A stretch of DNA of 12,216 nt from Polyangiaceae bacterium (GCA_044376115.1 JBILLK010000058.1:1-12216); one strand, 5' to 3'; positions 1 to 6,605 are shown, numbered from the stretch's first letter. Notes: a model not told the origin generated them from the sequence alone. Program-made: numbers and translations.

Positions 1-14
1 GCCAATCGTTGACT
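1..14 (+). repeat. Possible right end (spacer + R') of an attC-like site, cut by the window edge
   Basis: gccaatc-GTTGACT resembles the gccaatac-GTTGGGC end of the site at 1348-1362, and an ORF follows at 59. Confidence 0.35.
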
Positions 15-58
15 GTCGCGAGTGTGATACCAGCTGCGCCGCCGCGGCTGTTGCTCAC

Positions 59-349
59 ATGGCTCGCCTCATTATGAATGCTGCTCCGCGAGACCTGGCT
101 ATCTGCATTAGCGCCGCCGACATGGCCCTTGACCAGTCCCCGCTCGGCCGGCGCGATCAGTTTCGGCGCTGGCTGATCGAGACCGCCATCCCAGTAGCAC
201 TCGACCAACGAGCTCTGACTGCCGAGGAAACCTCGCGCTTTAGAGACTTCTCCCCGGCGGAGATCGAAGTCGATCGCGAAGCGGAGCACCCGCCCCCTTC
301 CGACGAAGCTCCGCCACGGTGGAGGCCGTGGTGGCAGTTCTGGAAGTGA
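59..349 (+). CDS. Hypothetical protein (96 aa) with Trp-rich C-terminal RPWWQFWK tail; probable cassette gene
   Basis: ATG-started ORF followed by R''-like gccggccaat (360-369). Its 3' half is duplicated in decayed form at 5675-5829. Confidence 0.6.
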   Translation: MARLIMNAAPRDLAICISAADMALDQSPLGRRDQFRRWLIETAIPVALDQRALTAEETSRFRDFSPAEIEVDREAEHPPPSDEAPPRWRPWWQFWK

Positions 350-498
350 GACGGCGAGCGCCGGCCAATGCCGCGCCCCCTCAGTCGCTCGATGAGGGGC
401 TGATCGAGGACTGGCAGCTCGTTGCCGGTACCGCGACGGCACACCGCTATCAATTCGCCCTGGCGAATGCGCGACTTGTTCGAGATTCGCAGGAGGCT

Positions 499-555
499 GG
501 CTAACAAAGCGTGCCTGAGGACCGCCCGCCGCAAGTGAACGCCAAAACGTTGGGC
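499..555 (+). repeat. attC-like site A (57 bp, internally short)
   Basis: GGCTAAC (499-505, overlaps a TAA stop) aaagcgt ... gtgaacgccaaaac GTTGGGC (549-555). The right arm is nearly identical to that of site B. Confidence 0.7.
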
Positions 556-570
556 GGTGCAGGCGTCGCG

Positions 571-978
571 CTACCTAGTCCAGTCCTCGACACGCAGCCC
601 GGGTACCCGAATCATGTGCTCCACATTTGCGGTGACGAGGATGGCCTCGCGCGCGACCGCATGCGCGGCAATCGCGGCGTCAAAATCCTCGGTCCGCGTC
701 CCTCGACGTTCCAACGTCGCCTTGATCTCACCGAAAGCTTCGCTGACCGCATCGGTCCAGTCCGCGCGAATCAGCTCGCTCTTGATCAGGTCGAAGCGTT
801 CTCGCAGCGCATCCTTCCTCTTTGAGCGCGGCAACCTCGCGATGCCGTACGAGATCTCCGCCACGACAGGCTGCGGCACAAGGACCTCCCGCTTCGGCAC
901 GGCTCGGAGGCGTGCGAGCGTTCCCGGCTCGCCCTTCATGATCGCGGAAACCGCGTTCGTGTCCAGGACGTAGCTCAC
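571..978 (-). CDS. vapC: VapC-family PIN-domain ribonuclease toxin (135 aa)
   Basis: PIN motifs VLDTN, VVAEISYG, EDFDAAIAAHA, LVTANVEH. GTG start overlaps the upstream antitoxin stop (GTGA). Confidence 0.93.
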   Translation of the reverse strand: MSYVLDTNAVSAIMKGEPGTLARLRAVPKREVLVPQPVVAEISYGIARLPRSKRKDALRERFDLIKSELIRADWTDAVSEAFGEIKATLERRGTRTEDFDAAIAAHAVAREAILVTANVEHMIRVPGLRVEDWTR

Positions 979-1223
979 AGCTTCAGCGGCTCTTTTGAGG
1001 AACGCCGACTTCGAACCTCGCCGAGCATTTCGTCGACAGCGACCCGCGTTGGCTCATCCGTCGCTGCAAGCCGCTCGAAAAAGCCGCTCGACCATTCGGA
1101 GGTATCCGCGAGCTCGCGCTCAAGCGCCTTCACAATAAGCCGATTTCGGCTGATCTTTAGTGCGCGAGCGCGCCGGTCGACGGCGTCAAGCAGCGGCTTT
1201 GGCAGGTGAACGCTGGTTGCCAT
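975..1223 (-). CDS. Ribbon-helix-helix (CopG-like) antitoxin, 82 aa (MATSVHLPKPLLDAVDRRARALKISRNRLIVKAL...)
   Basis: RHH pattern TSVHLP..LL..VD..A....SRN.LI..AL. True start is ATG 1223 inside the 975..2210 ORF, and it is coupled to vapC. Confidence 0.88.
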   Translation of the reverse strand: MATSVHLPKPLLDAVDRRARALKISRNRLIVKALERELADTSEWSSGFFERLAATDEPTRVAVDEMLGEVRSRRSSKEPLKL

Positions 1224-1245
1224 GACTATACTCGCGAGTATAGTC
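1224..1245. promoter_or_regulatory. Perfect 22-bp palindrome GACTATACTCGCGAGTATAGTC; likely TA operator overlapping a -10 (TATACT)
   Basis: Exact palindrome abutting the antitoxin start codon. Confidence 0.75.
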
Positions 1246-1278
1246 GCGCACACGAGAGCGGCAAGCATACCCGCGCCC

Positions 1279-1362
1279 GCCCAACTGGGCGTTGCTGCGG
1301 ACGAGTCCCCTCCCTCGCTTCGCTCGGTCTGGCATTCGCGGGTGAACGCCAATACGTTGGGC
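1279..1362 (+). repeat. attC-like site B (84 bp, best preserved)
   Basis: R'' GCCCAAC, 5-nt spacer, L'' GTTGCTGC, central region, L' GGTGAAC, 8-nt spacer, R' GTTGGGC. R''/R' are perfectly complementary and match RYYYAAC/GTTRRRY. ggcgtt/aacgcc pair. Next ATG is at 1368. Confidence 0.82.
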
Positions 1363-1367
1363 GGACT

Positions 1368-1745
1368 ATGGATCGCGGGGCTTCCGGTAGTGCACGCACA
1401 GCAACGGAGCGCTTCCTCGATGCATTCGAGGCCGTTTTCGATAGGGACTGCTGGAGGACCGCGTGGTTCGGGACGACGATGATGACCGAGGTCTGGGTCG
1501 AAAAGATCGACAAGGGGCACAGCGATGACGCGTTCGCCACCATGCTGTGCGGCCTCATCATGCACGAGCTGATGCATCAGAAGCTCGATACGCACCCTAA
1601 GGACCGCGACAAGAGTGACATCCACAGCTGGCTTGAGCCCAGCTACGGACACACCCCGGTCACGCGGCAATCGCGGCTCTCTGGGACCGACGCAAAAGAC
1701 ATCGCAGTTGCGCTCCCCAAAAAGTACCCGCAGCGCAAGGTGTGA
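1368..1745 (+). CDS. Hypothetical protein (125 aa) with HExxH (HELMH) zinc-peptidase-like motif
   Basis: Part of ORF 1206..1745. ATG lies 5 nt after R' of site B. Contains GLIMHELMHQKLD. Stop overlaps the next ATG (TGATG). Confidence 0.55.
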   Translation: MDRGASGSARTATERFLDAFEAVFDRDCWRTAWFGTTMMTEVWVEKIDKGHSDDAFATMLCGLIMHELMHQKLDTHPKDRDKSDIHSWLEPSYGHTPVTRQSRLSGTDAKDIAVALPKKYPQRKV

Positions 1746-3208
1746 TGAAACCTGCGGCGGCTCTCGTTGGTCTGCTCTTGGCGGCGTGCTCGGGGGAGCC
1801 GCGCGCTGGCAAGCTCGTATCGGTGCCTTCCGCGCCCGATGCGACGGCGAGCACAGTCGAGCTGGAGTCGCTGACCGTCGAGGAGCCGCGCAGACTCGGC
1901 GACGGCTACGCGATCGCTTGGACGGCCGGCACGATCGCGGTCGCGGATGGGGCGGACATGGTTCTCGTCGACGAGACGACGCTCGTTGAGCGCGAGCGCG
2001 TCGCGGCCACTGCGTGGCATGCACCGCCTCACAGCAAGCTGGTCGACGCGAACGAAATTCGGATGCCCTACGATCCCAACCGTGGCGGGCGGCCCATCGC
2101 GGCGGTCTTGTCTCCGGGCGGTACGCGCGTGGCAGTGAAGACGGATGCAGGCGCGCTCCTCGTTGTCTCGCTGGAGGGCAACATCGAGCGCGGCCCAGCG
2201 TTCGAGCCAATCACTGCGCTGAATACCGGCGTTGCATGGGCGCCGGGCGTGTTGGCGACCCCGGCCCGCGGATGTGAAGTGCACCTGATACGCAAAGACC
2301 GCATCGACTTGCTCCCTCGATCGAAGTTCACGCAATCGTGTGGTCTTGGGCTGAGTCCCGATGCGAAGCACCTGCTGGTGGGGCGGCTGATCTACCTCGG
2401 GAGGCCCGGGGACGAGGTCGAGCTGTACGACGCAGACACGCTTACGCGTCTGTCCGGATGGAACCTCGGGAAGGACGACGACCAGCCCTACGTTGCGTGG
2501 CCGGCGACGGGCGGCTCGGGAGGCGTGCACTTGTGGGAGCCACAAACGACCGCGGCGACCCCGGTGCACTCAATCGCGGTGTCCCCGGATCGGAAGCTCA
2601 TCGCAGCGACTTCGTACCACGACAACACGGTGCACCTCTGGGAGGCTCCGTCGCTCGCGCCACGGCCGACTGCCTTCGATCCCACGGACGGTGGGAAGCT
2701 GGCGTTTGCAGGAGCGGGGACGTTGATCATCGAGCAAACCGACGGCTTGACTGCCGTTTCAATCGCGACCGGAGCGGTCCTGTGGAGAGCCGATCTCGGC
2801 ACGATCCTCCTGGGTCTCGCAGCGTCGGAGGACACCGTCCTGGCCACGAGCGACCGCGGAGGTTTCTTTCGTCTCGACGCTCGGACGGGGCGCGTCGTCG
2901 TTCACGAACCGAGCCTGAACGGGAGCGCCCTTGCGTTCTTGCCAGGCGGCAACATCGCTCACCTGGGCGTCGACGATGCGGTTCGCGTATTGACCCCCGA
3001 GGCGAAGGAGCTCGCCCGCATCTTGCCCGTCCGCGAGTCCGCTGGAGCGTGGGTGATCGCAGACGGTACCTTCGAGCGCATCGGCGACCCAGCCCGAGAA
3101 CTGATTTGCCGTGCCTCGGGGAAGGTTGTCCCCTTCGCTCGCTGCGCGAGCCTCGAGCGCCGCGGCCTCTTGACCAACCTCTTGAGCGCAGGAAGAGACC
3201 CGCGATAG
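1745..3208 (+). CDS. WD40/PQQ-like beta-propeller lipoprotein (487 aa)
   Basis: Signal peptide with lipobox LLAAC. Blade motifs VLSPGGTRVA, LSPDAKHLL, IAVSPDRKLIAATSYHDNTVHLWE, ATGAVLWR, LDARTGRVV. Confidence 0.85.
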   Translation: MKPAAALVGLLLAACSGEPRAGKLVSVPSAPDATASTVELESLTVEEPRRLGDGYAIAWTAGTIAVADGADMVLVDETTLVERERVAATAWHAPPHSKLVDANEIRMPYDPNRGGRPIAAVLSPGGTRVAVKTDAGALLVVSLEGNIERGPAFEPITALNTGVAWAPGVLATPARGCEVHLIRKDRIDLLPRSKFTQSCGLGLSPDAKHLLVGRLIYLGRPGDEVELYDADTLTRLSGWNLGKDDDQPYVAWPATGGSGGVHLWEPQTTAATPVHSIAVSPDRKLIAATSYHDNTVHLWEAPSLAPRPTAFDPTDGGKLAFAGAGTLIIEQTDGLTAVSIATGAVLWRADLGTILLGLAASEDTVLATSDRGGFFRLDARTGRVVVHEPSLNGSALAFLPGGNIAHLGVDDAVRVLTPEAKELARILPVRESAGAWVIADGTFERIGDPARELICRASGKVVPFARCASLERRGLLTNLLSAGRDPR

Positions 3209-3231
3209 CGAAAGGGTTACGTAAGCCGGAC
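3201..3231 (+). repeat. Collapsed/degenerate attC-like remnant (right end tacGTAAGCCggac)
   Basis: Resembles tacGTTGGGCggac (site B) and tacCTTAGCCggac (11923-11936). Lies directly after the stop at 3208. Confidence 0.35.
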
Positions 3232-3242
3232 TTCGCCTGGCA

Positions 3243-3539
3243 CTACCGCGCAAACGCCGCCCGGACCCCATGCAGCTTTAGTCCCAGCGCGCGTTGGTAG
3301 TGCGGGAAGTCGCCGTCTTCGCTGAAGATGGGCAGGTCACGCCGCAGGCTGGCTGCGCAGAGCAGGAAGTCGGTGTCCGCGCCCTGGACGCCTTTCGCTC
3401 GAGCGAAACCCCTCGAGCCCCGTCAAGTCTCAACCTGAACGGCCCTCGCCGGACGGATACCGCGCACTGTCGCGCCCGACGCCGCTTCAGCGCGCCGAAG
3501 CGCCGCAGCCCACACTGTCGTGTCGACGATGATGTTCAA
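3243..3539 (-). pseudogene. vapC: vapC (PIN toxin) pseudogene 1: internal TGA plus internal deletions
   Basis: TTG at 3539 overlaps the vapB stop. Single frame reads MNIIVDTTVWAAALRR...GIRPARAVQVET*RGSRGFARAKGVQGADTDFLLCAASLRRDLPIFSEDGDFPHY... It lacks the ELTALINEGRIVMVGAIWQELLS segment present in copy 2. Confidence 0.85.
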
Positions 3540-3736
3540 CGACGTCGCCTCTTCTTCTTCGCGTCGAGCCCTTCCGCAAAGTCGATCGTTCCGAACAGCT
3601 CAACGATTTGCGCCTGCCGTCGCCGTCGGATGTACTCCTCGAGCGCCTCGGTCACGGTCGCTTTCTTGGTCCGGTGGCCACCGACCTTCAGCGCCTCGTT
3701 GAGCAGCCCGTCATCGATGGCAAGGTTCGTAGCCAT
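3536..3736 (-). CDS. vapB: VapB-family antitoxin (DUF2191-like), 66 aa, copy 1
   Basis: MATNLAIDDGLLNEALKVGGHRTKKATVTEALEEYIRRR matches this antitoxin family. Directly upstream of a PIN gene. Imperfect IR atgtg..cacat sits just upstream. Confidence 0.9.
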   Translation of the reverse strand: MATNLAIDDGLLNEALKVGGHRTKKATVTEALEEYIRRRRQAQIVELFGTIDFAEGLDAKKKRRRR

Positions 3737-3785
3737 ATGTGAACGGGTTACACATGACCCATCTTGGTGCAAGCGCCGGCTTCTG

Positions 3786-3859
3786 GCCCAGCACGTCGCC
3801 GGAGCCGGGTTCAGCCGCCGGAGAACCCTCAGCGCAGTTGGCGGGCGTCATCGCTGGGG
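3786..3859 (+). repeat. Degenerate attC-like site C
   Basis: GCCCAGC-acgtcgcc ... ggcgggcgt-catc-GCTGGGG. The arms pair, but the core reads AGC/GCT instead of AAC/GTT. Confidence 0.4.
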
Positions 3860-3890
3860 ACGCGCGGTAGGCGCCATCAGCGCGGTCGCT

Positions 3891-3974
3891 AGCCAACAAA
3901 GCGTTGCCGCGGACGAGTGCCCTCGCTCGCTTCGCTCCTTCTTCCGCGCGCCACTGCACACCGCTAGGTTGGTC
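3891..3974 (+). repeat. attC-like site D (84 bp)
   Basis: AGCCAAC aaagc GTTGCCGC ggacgagtgccctcgctcgcttcgctc ... GTTGGTC. Aligns without gaps to site B and has the same length. GTG start follows at 3988. Confidence 0.72.
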
Positions 3975-3987
3975 AGAAGCACGCACC

Positions 3988-4416
3988 GTGAAACTCCCCC
4001 GAACGATCCGAAACTGCAGGGCAGTAATCGAAAGCCCCTGCCCTCGCCAATGGGACGAACTCACCGAGACTTCCGATCCCTCCGTGCGGCATTGCGCTTC
4101 GTGCAATAGGGAAGTCTTTTTCTGCGCATCTGATGAAGAGACGATCGCTCATGCTCGAGCAGGGGACTGTGTCGCGCGAGAAGTCCCAGAATCCCGCGAC
4201 CTGGGGCCCAGCATCATCGGACGCCCCACCATCCGCCAAGAGCCAACTCCGGAACAGGCTGCTCGCCGCCTGCTCCTGCGTCGAGAGCGCGGGATCAACA
4301 ACGTACTTGCTTGGGACTTTGCGAACTACAAGCGAGACTGCCCCGCGTGCCACTATCCCGTCCCAGACTTTCGCGCCACGTGCCTCGTGTGCGGCTTTCA
4401 GATCGGACGTGCCTGA
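3988..4416 (+). CDS. Cys-rich hypothetical protein (142 aa), probable zinc-binding
   Basis: CPRQWDEL..RHCASC..VFFC in the N-terminal part and CPAC/CLVC zinc ribbon at the C-terminus. GTG at 3988 is preferred because the longer ORF (3904) runs through attC D. Confidence 0.75.
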   Translation: MKLPRTIRNCRAVIESPCPRQWDELTETSDPSVRHCASCNREVFFCASDEETIAHARAGDCVAREVPESRDLGPSIIGRPTIRQEPTPEQAARRLLLRRERGINNVLAWDFANYKRDCPACHYPVPDFRATCLVCGFQIGRA

Positions 4417-4487
4417 GCCAGCCGCAAACGCTCCGTCGTTGGAAGCGCTCGCACATGCTCGAGGATGTCTTCTGCGGTCATCGCCAT
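4398..4487 (-). pseudogene. N-terminal fragment of a small antitoxin-like protein (MAMTAEDILEHVRALPTTERLRLA...)
   Basis: 29-codon ORF resembling addiction-module antitoxin N-termini (ALP..ERL.L). TAGACT -10-like hexamer at 4502-4497. Ends abruptly in the 3' end of the opposing gene. Confidence 0.45.
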
Positions 4488-4584
4488 GATGCTCCGAGTC
4501 TAGCCGTTCTTCAGCAGAGGAGCTTGTTCCGGCTCTTCGTCAGCGGCCTCAGCGGGAAAGACGCCGCTCGTGATTCATGCCCGA

Positions 4585-4922
4585 CGACATAGCGCCGAGT
4601 CTCGCCGTGACACCGGCCGATGTGTCGCACCCTACCGCGCCCCGACCCCGCCAACCGCGACATTGCGCCGAGTCTCGCCGTGACACCGGCCGATGTGTCG
4701 CACCCTGCGGCGCGCCCGACCCGCCAACCGCGACATTGCGCCGAGTCTCGCCGTGACACCGGCCGATGTGTCGCACCCTGCGGCGCGCCGACCCGCCAAC
4801 TGCGACATTGCGCCGAGTCTCGCCGTGACACCGGCCGATGTGTCGCACCCTACCGCGCCCCGACCCCGCCAACCGCGACATTGCGCCGAGTCTCGCCGTG
4901 ACACTGGGCGATGTGTCGCACC
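4585..4922. repeat. Tandem repeat, 72-73-bp unit, ~4.6 copies, each with a gcgaca...tgtcgc hairpin
   Basis: Unit starts (cgacat) at 4585, 4658, 4731, 4803 and 4876. Confidence 0.95.
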
Positions 4923-4954
4923 GTGCCGCGCGTCGCTGCTGCCGACCTCCGGTT

Positions 4955-5197
4955 GCTACGCGCTAGTCCCATATCGCGCGTTCGTTCGCGACGACCCGAC
5001 GTTATGGGACGCTTAGTGCGCCACCCCGGACGGCGCGCACGAAGTGACCCACGCTTTTGCCTGTTGATTTCGGGGTCGCAGCGAAAGACCCCTCCGGCGC
5101 CGCTTCGGCGCAAGGCGGTTGGGCTACGCGCCAGTCCCATAACGCTCATTCGTTCGGGACGACCCAACGTTATGGGACGCTAGTTGCCAGGCGCTCT
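4955..5197 (+). repeat. ~243-bp double-hairpin dispersed element, copy 1
   Basis: Two gtcccata...tatgggac hairpins 168 bp apart. Highly similar to 11634-11878. Confidence 0.9.
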
Positions 5198-5225
5198 TCC
5201 GGCCCGCCGCTTCTGAGCTGCAGCT

Positions 5226-5396
5226 GAACTGTCCGGCCGCGCGGCTCCCTGAAAGCAGCTCTTGCCAAATCGCACCAACCATTACGATGCGCCCTTCGTT
5301 GATCAACGCAGTGAGCTCGCGCACGGTCGCGCCCGACGGCGCTTAGGCGCGCCGAAGCGCCGCCGACTACACGGTTGTGTCGACGATGATGCTCAA
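5226..5396 (-). pseudogene. vapC: vapC pseudogene 2: two nonsense codons and 3' truncation
   Basis: MSIIVDTTV*SAALRRA*APSGATVRELTALINEGRIVMVGAIWQELLSGSRAAGQF, then breaks off. TAG and TAA sit where copy 1 has TGG and GAA. Confidence 0.88.
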
Positions 5397-5593
5397 CGGC
5401 GTCGCCTCTTCTTCTTCGCGTCGAGCCCTTCCGCAAAGTCGATCGTTCCGAACAGCTCAACGATTTGCGCCTGGCGTCGCCGTCGGATGTACTCCTCGAG
5501 CGCTTCGGTCACGGTCGCTTTCTTGGTCCGGTGGCCACCGACCTTCAGCGCCTCGTTGAGCAGCCCGTCATCGATGGCAAGGTTCGTAGCCAT
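5393..5593 (-). CDS. vapB: VapB-family antitoxin (DUF2191-like), 66 aa, copy 2
   Basis: Protein identical to 3536..3736, with 3 synonymous nucleotide differences. Confidence 0.9.
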   Translation of the reverse strand: MATNLAIDDGLLNEALKVGGHRTKKATVTEALEEYIRRRRQAQIVELFGTIDFAEGLDAKKKRRRR

Positions 5594-5632
5594 AGGTGAT
5601 GGTTCACACATGACCCCTCTTCGTGCAAGCGG

Positions 5633-5677
5633 CGGCGCCGCTTCGCCTGAAGGCGGTGGGCGCAGGGCGGTTGGGCT
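5633..5677 (+). repeat. Partial copy of the linker of the dispersed element (cggcgccgcttcg..aaggcggt(t)gggc)
   Basis: Matches 5095-5125 and 11590-11636. Confidence 0.7.
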
Positions 5678-5829
5678 GGCTGATCGAGACGGCCATCCCG
5701 GCAGCACTCGACTAACGCGCTAGATCGAAGTCGATCGCGAAGCGGAGCACCAGCCCCTTCCGACGAAGCTCCGTCACCGTGGAGGCCGTGGTGGCAGTTC
5801 TGGAAGTGAGGCGGCGAGCGCCGGCTAAT
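5675..5829 (+). pseudogene. Decayed duplicate of the 3' half of gene 59..349 plus its downstream R''-like box
   Basis: Aligns to 168-369 with a 46-bp deletion (215-260) and a CAA>TAA change. Confidence 0.88.
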
Positions 5830-5950
5830 TCGTGGAGTCCGAGGAGTTTGTGGCGGTCGCGTGCGCCTACGGACGCTTTCCGTGAGGAGGGCCCTAGTCC
5901 GGGCGTAAGTGTACGTTGGTAGTCGGCGACCTTGAGTCCGCGTCGGCCCA

Positions 5951-5979
5951 TTGGCTCGCGCGCCGGGCCGCGCTACACT
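5951..5979 (+). promoter_or_regulatory. Putative sigma70 promoter TTGGCT-N17-TACACT; likely leaderless transcript
   Basis: -35 at 5951-5956, -10 at 5974-5979, GTG start 6 nt later with no Shine-Dalgarno sequence. Confidence 0.55.
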
Positions 5980-5985
5980 TCCGCT

Positions 5986-6234
5986 GTGGCAAACCAGCTC
6001 CCAAACCCGCCGCCGGGATTTGACGACCTACCTGTCGGCGACCAGATCGCGTACGTCGGGGCGCTTTGGGATCGGATCACGGCACGGGAGCAGGACGTGC
6101 ACGTCCCCGCCGCTCACCGAGTAGAGTTGGAGCGGCGGCTCGCGGAGCATGCCACGTCAGCTGAACCGCTTCGTTCCTGGAGCGAAGTCGAAGCTGACCT
6201 TCGCACCGAGCTCGCTCAGCGTCGCACTCAATGA
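5986..6234 (+). CDS. Putative addiction-module antitoxin (TIGR02574-like), 82 aa
   Basis: PPPGFDDLP..DQI.YV..LWDRI....VP..H..EL.RRL.....W.EV pattern. ATGA overlap with the ParE-like toxin. Confidence 0.88.
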   Translation: MANQLPNPPPGFDDLPVGDQIAYVGALWDRITAREQDVHVPAAHRVELERRLAEHATSAEPLRSWSEVEADLRTELAQRRTQ

Positions 6235-6545
6235 CCCTGGTCGTACTTCGCCCGGACGCCGAGCTCGACGTCCGCAGCGCGGCACGCTGGTACGAGGAAC
6301 AGCAGCCCGGCTTGGGGGCCACGTTCACCGACCAAGTACGCGACACGGTTAATCGCATTGCCGCCCTGCCCGCGCGCTTCCCTGTCGTCGCGCCCCCGCT
6401 GCGACGGGCGCTACTCCACCAGTTTCCCTACGCCGTGTACTTCGTCGCCGAGCGAGAACGCGCCGTAGTCGTCGGCATCTTCCACCAGCACCGCGACCCC
6501 GCCGCATGGCGAACCCGGACCCCAGGCTCTGACGAAGCCGGATAA
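6231..6545 (+). CDS. parE: RelE/ParE-family type II toxin (104 aa)
   Basis: RPDAELDVRSAARWYEEQQPGLG..F and RRALLHQFPYAVYF...VVGIFHQHRDP are typical of the family. Confidence 0.9.
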   Translation: MTLVVLRPDAELDVRSAARWYEEQQPGLGATFTDQVRDTVNRIAALPARFPVVAPPLRRALLHQFPYAVYFVAERERAVVVGIFHQHRDPAAWRTRTPGSDEAG

Positions 6546-6549
6546 CGCC
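6514..6549 (+). repeat. 36-bp exact direct repeat, copy 1 (parE 3' end + R''-like GGATAAC)
   Basis: cccggaccccaggctctgacgaagccggataacgcc, also at 10490-10525. Confidence 0.9.
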
Positions 6550-6605
6550 GCATTGCACACGACAGCCACGGTCGGCGCTGCGCGTACACTGCGAAATTGT
6601 CAGCC
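6540..6605 (+). repeat. Degenerate attC-like site after parE
   Basis: GGATAAC (contains the parE TAA) gccgc attgcaca ... gtacact gcgaaatt GTCAGCC agac. Box spacing is as in site B. Confidence 0.45.

Noticed and set aside
1224..2210. 411-aa ORF 975..2210 as one protein
   Set aside because: Only the last 82 aa form a recognisable antitoxin. The rest is antisense to real + strand genes and crosses attC B.
3393..3408. 16-bp palindrome TTTCGCTCGAGCGAAA as a regulatory site
   Set aside because: It lies inside the vapC pseudogene at an apparent deletion junction, so it is more likely a rearrangement scar or chance.
3991..4011. KLPRTIR peptide shared by the Cys-rich protein N-terminus and the TPR protein C-terminus
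   Set aside because: Seven residues, different codons and unrelated contexts, so treated as coincidence.
3294..4109. ORF 3294..4109 and the similar ORF 5262..5723
   Set aside because: Antisense shadows of the vapBC copies, typical of high-GC DNA.
4423..4444. attC right end (aaacgctccgtcGTTGGAA)
   Set aside because: Better explained as minus-strand coding sequence of the antitoxin-like fragment, and there is no matching left arm.
4585..4922. CRISPR array
   Set aside because: The would-be spacers are near-identical to each other (two alleles), and no cas genes or leader are visible. It is a tandem repeat.
4511..5183. Multiple Arg/Gly-rich ORFs across the repeats (also 11328..11973)
   Set aside because: They are translations of non-triplet repeats with no protein-like features.
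5823..5921. Full attC from GGCTAAT to GTTGGTA
   Set aside because: The inner L boxes do not pair and the interior does not resemble sites B or D. At most these are two unrelated remnants.
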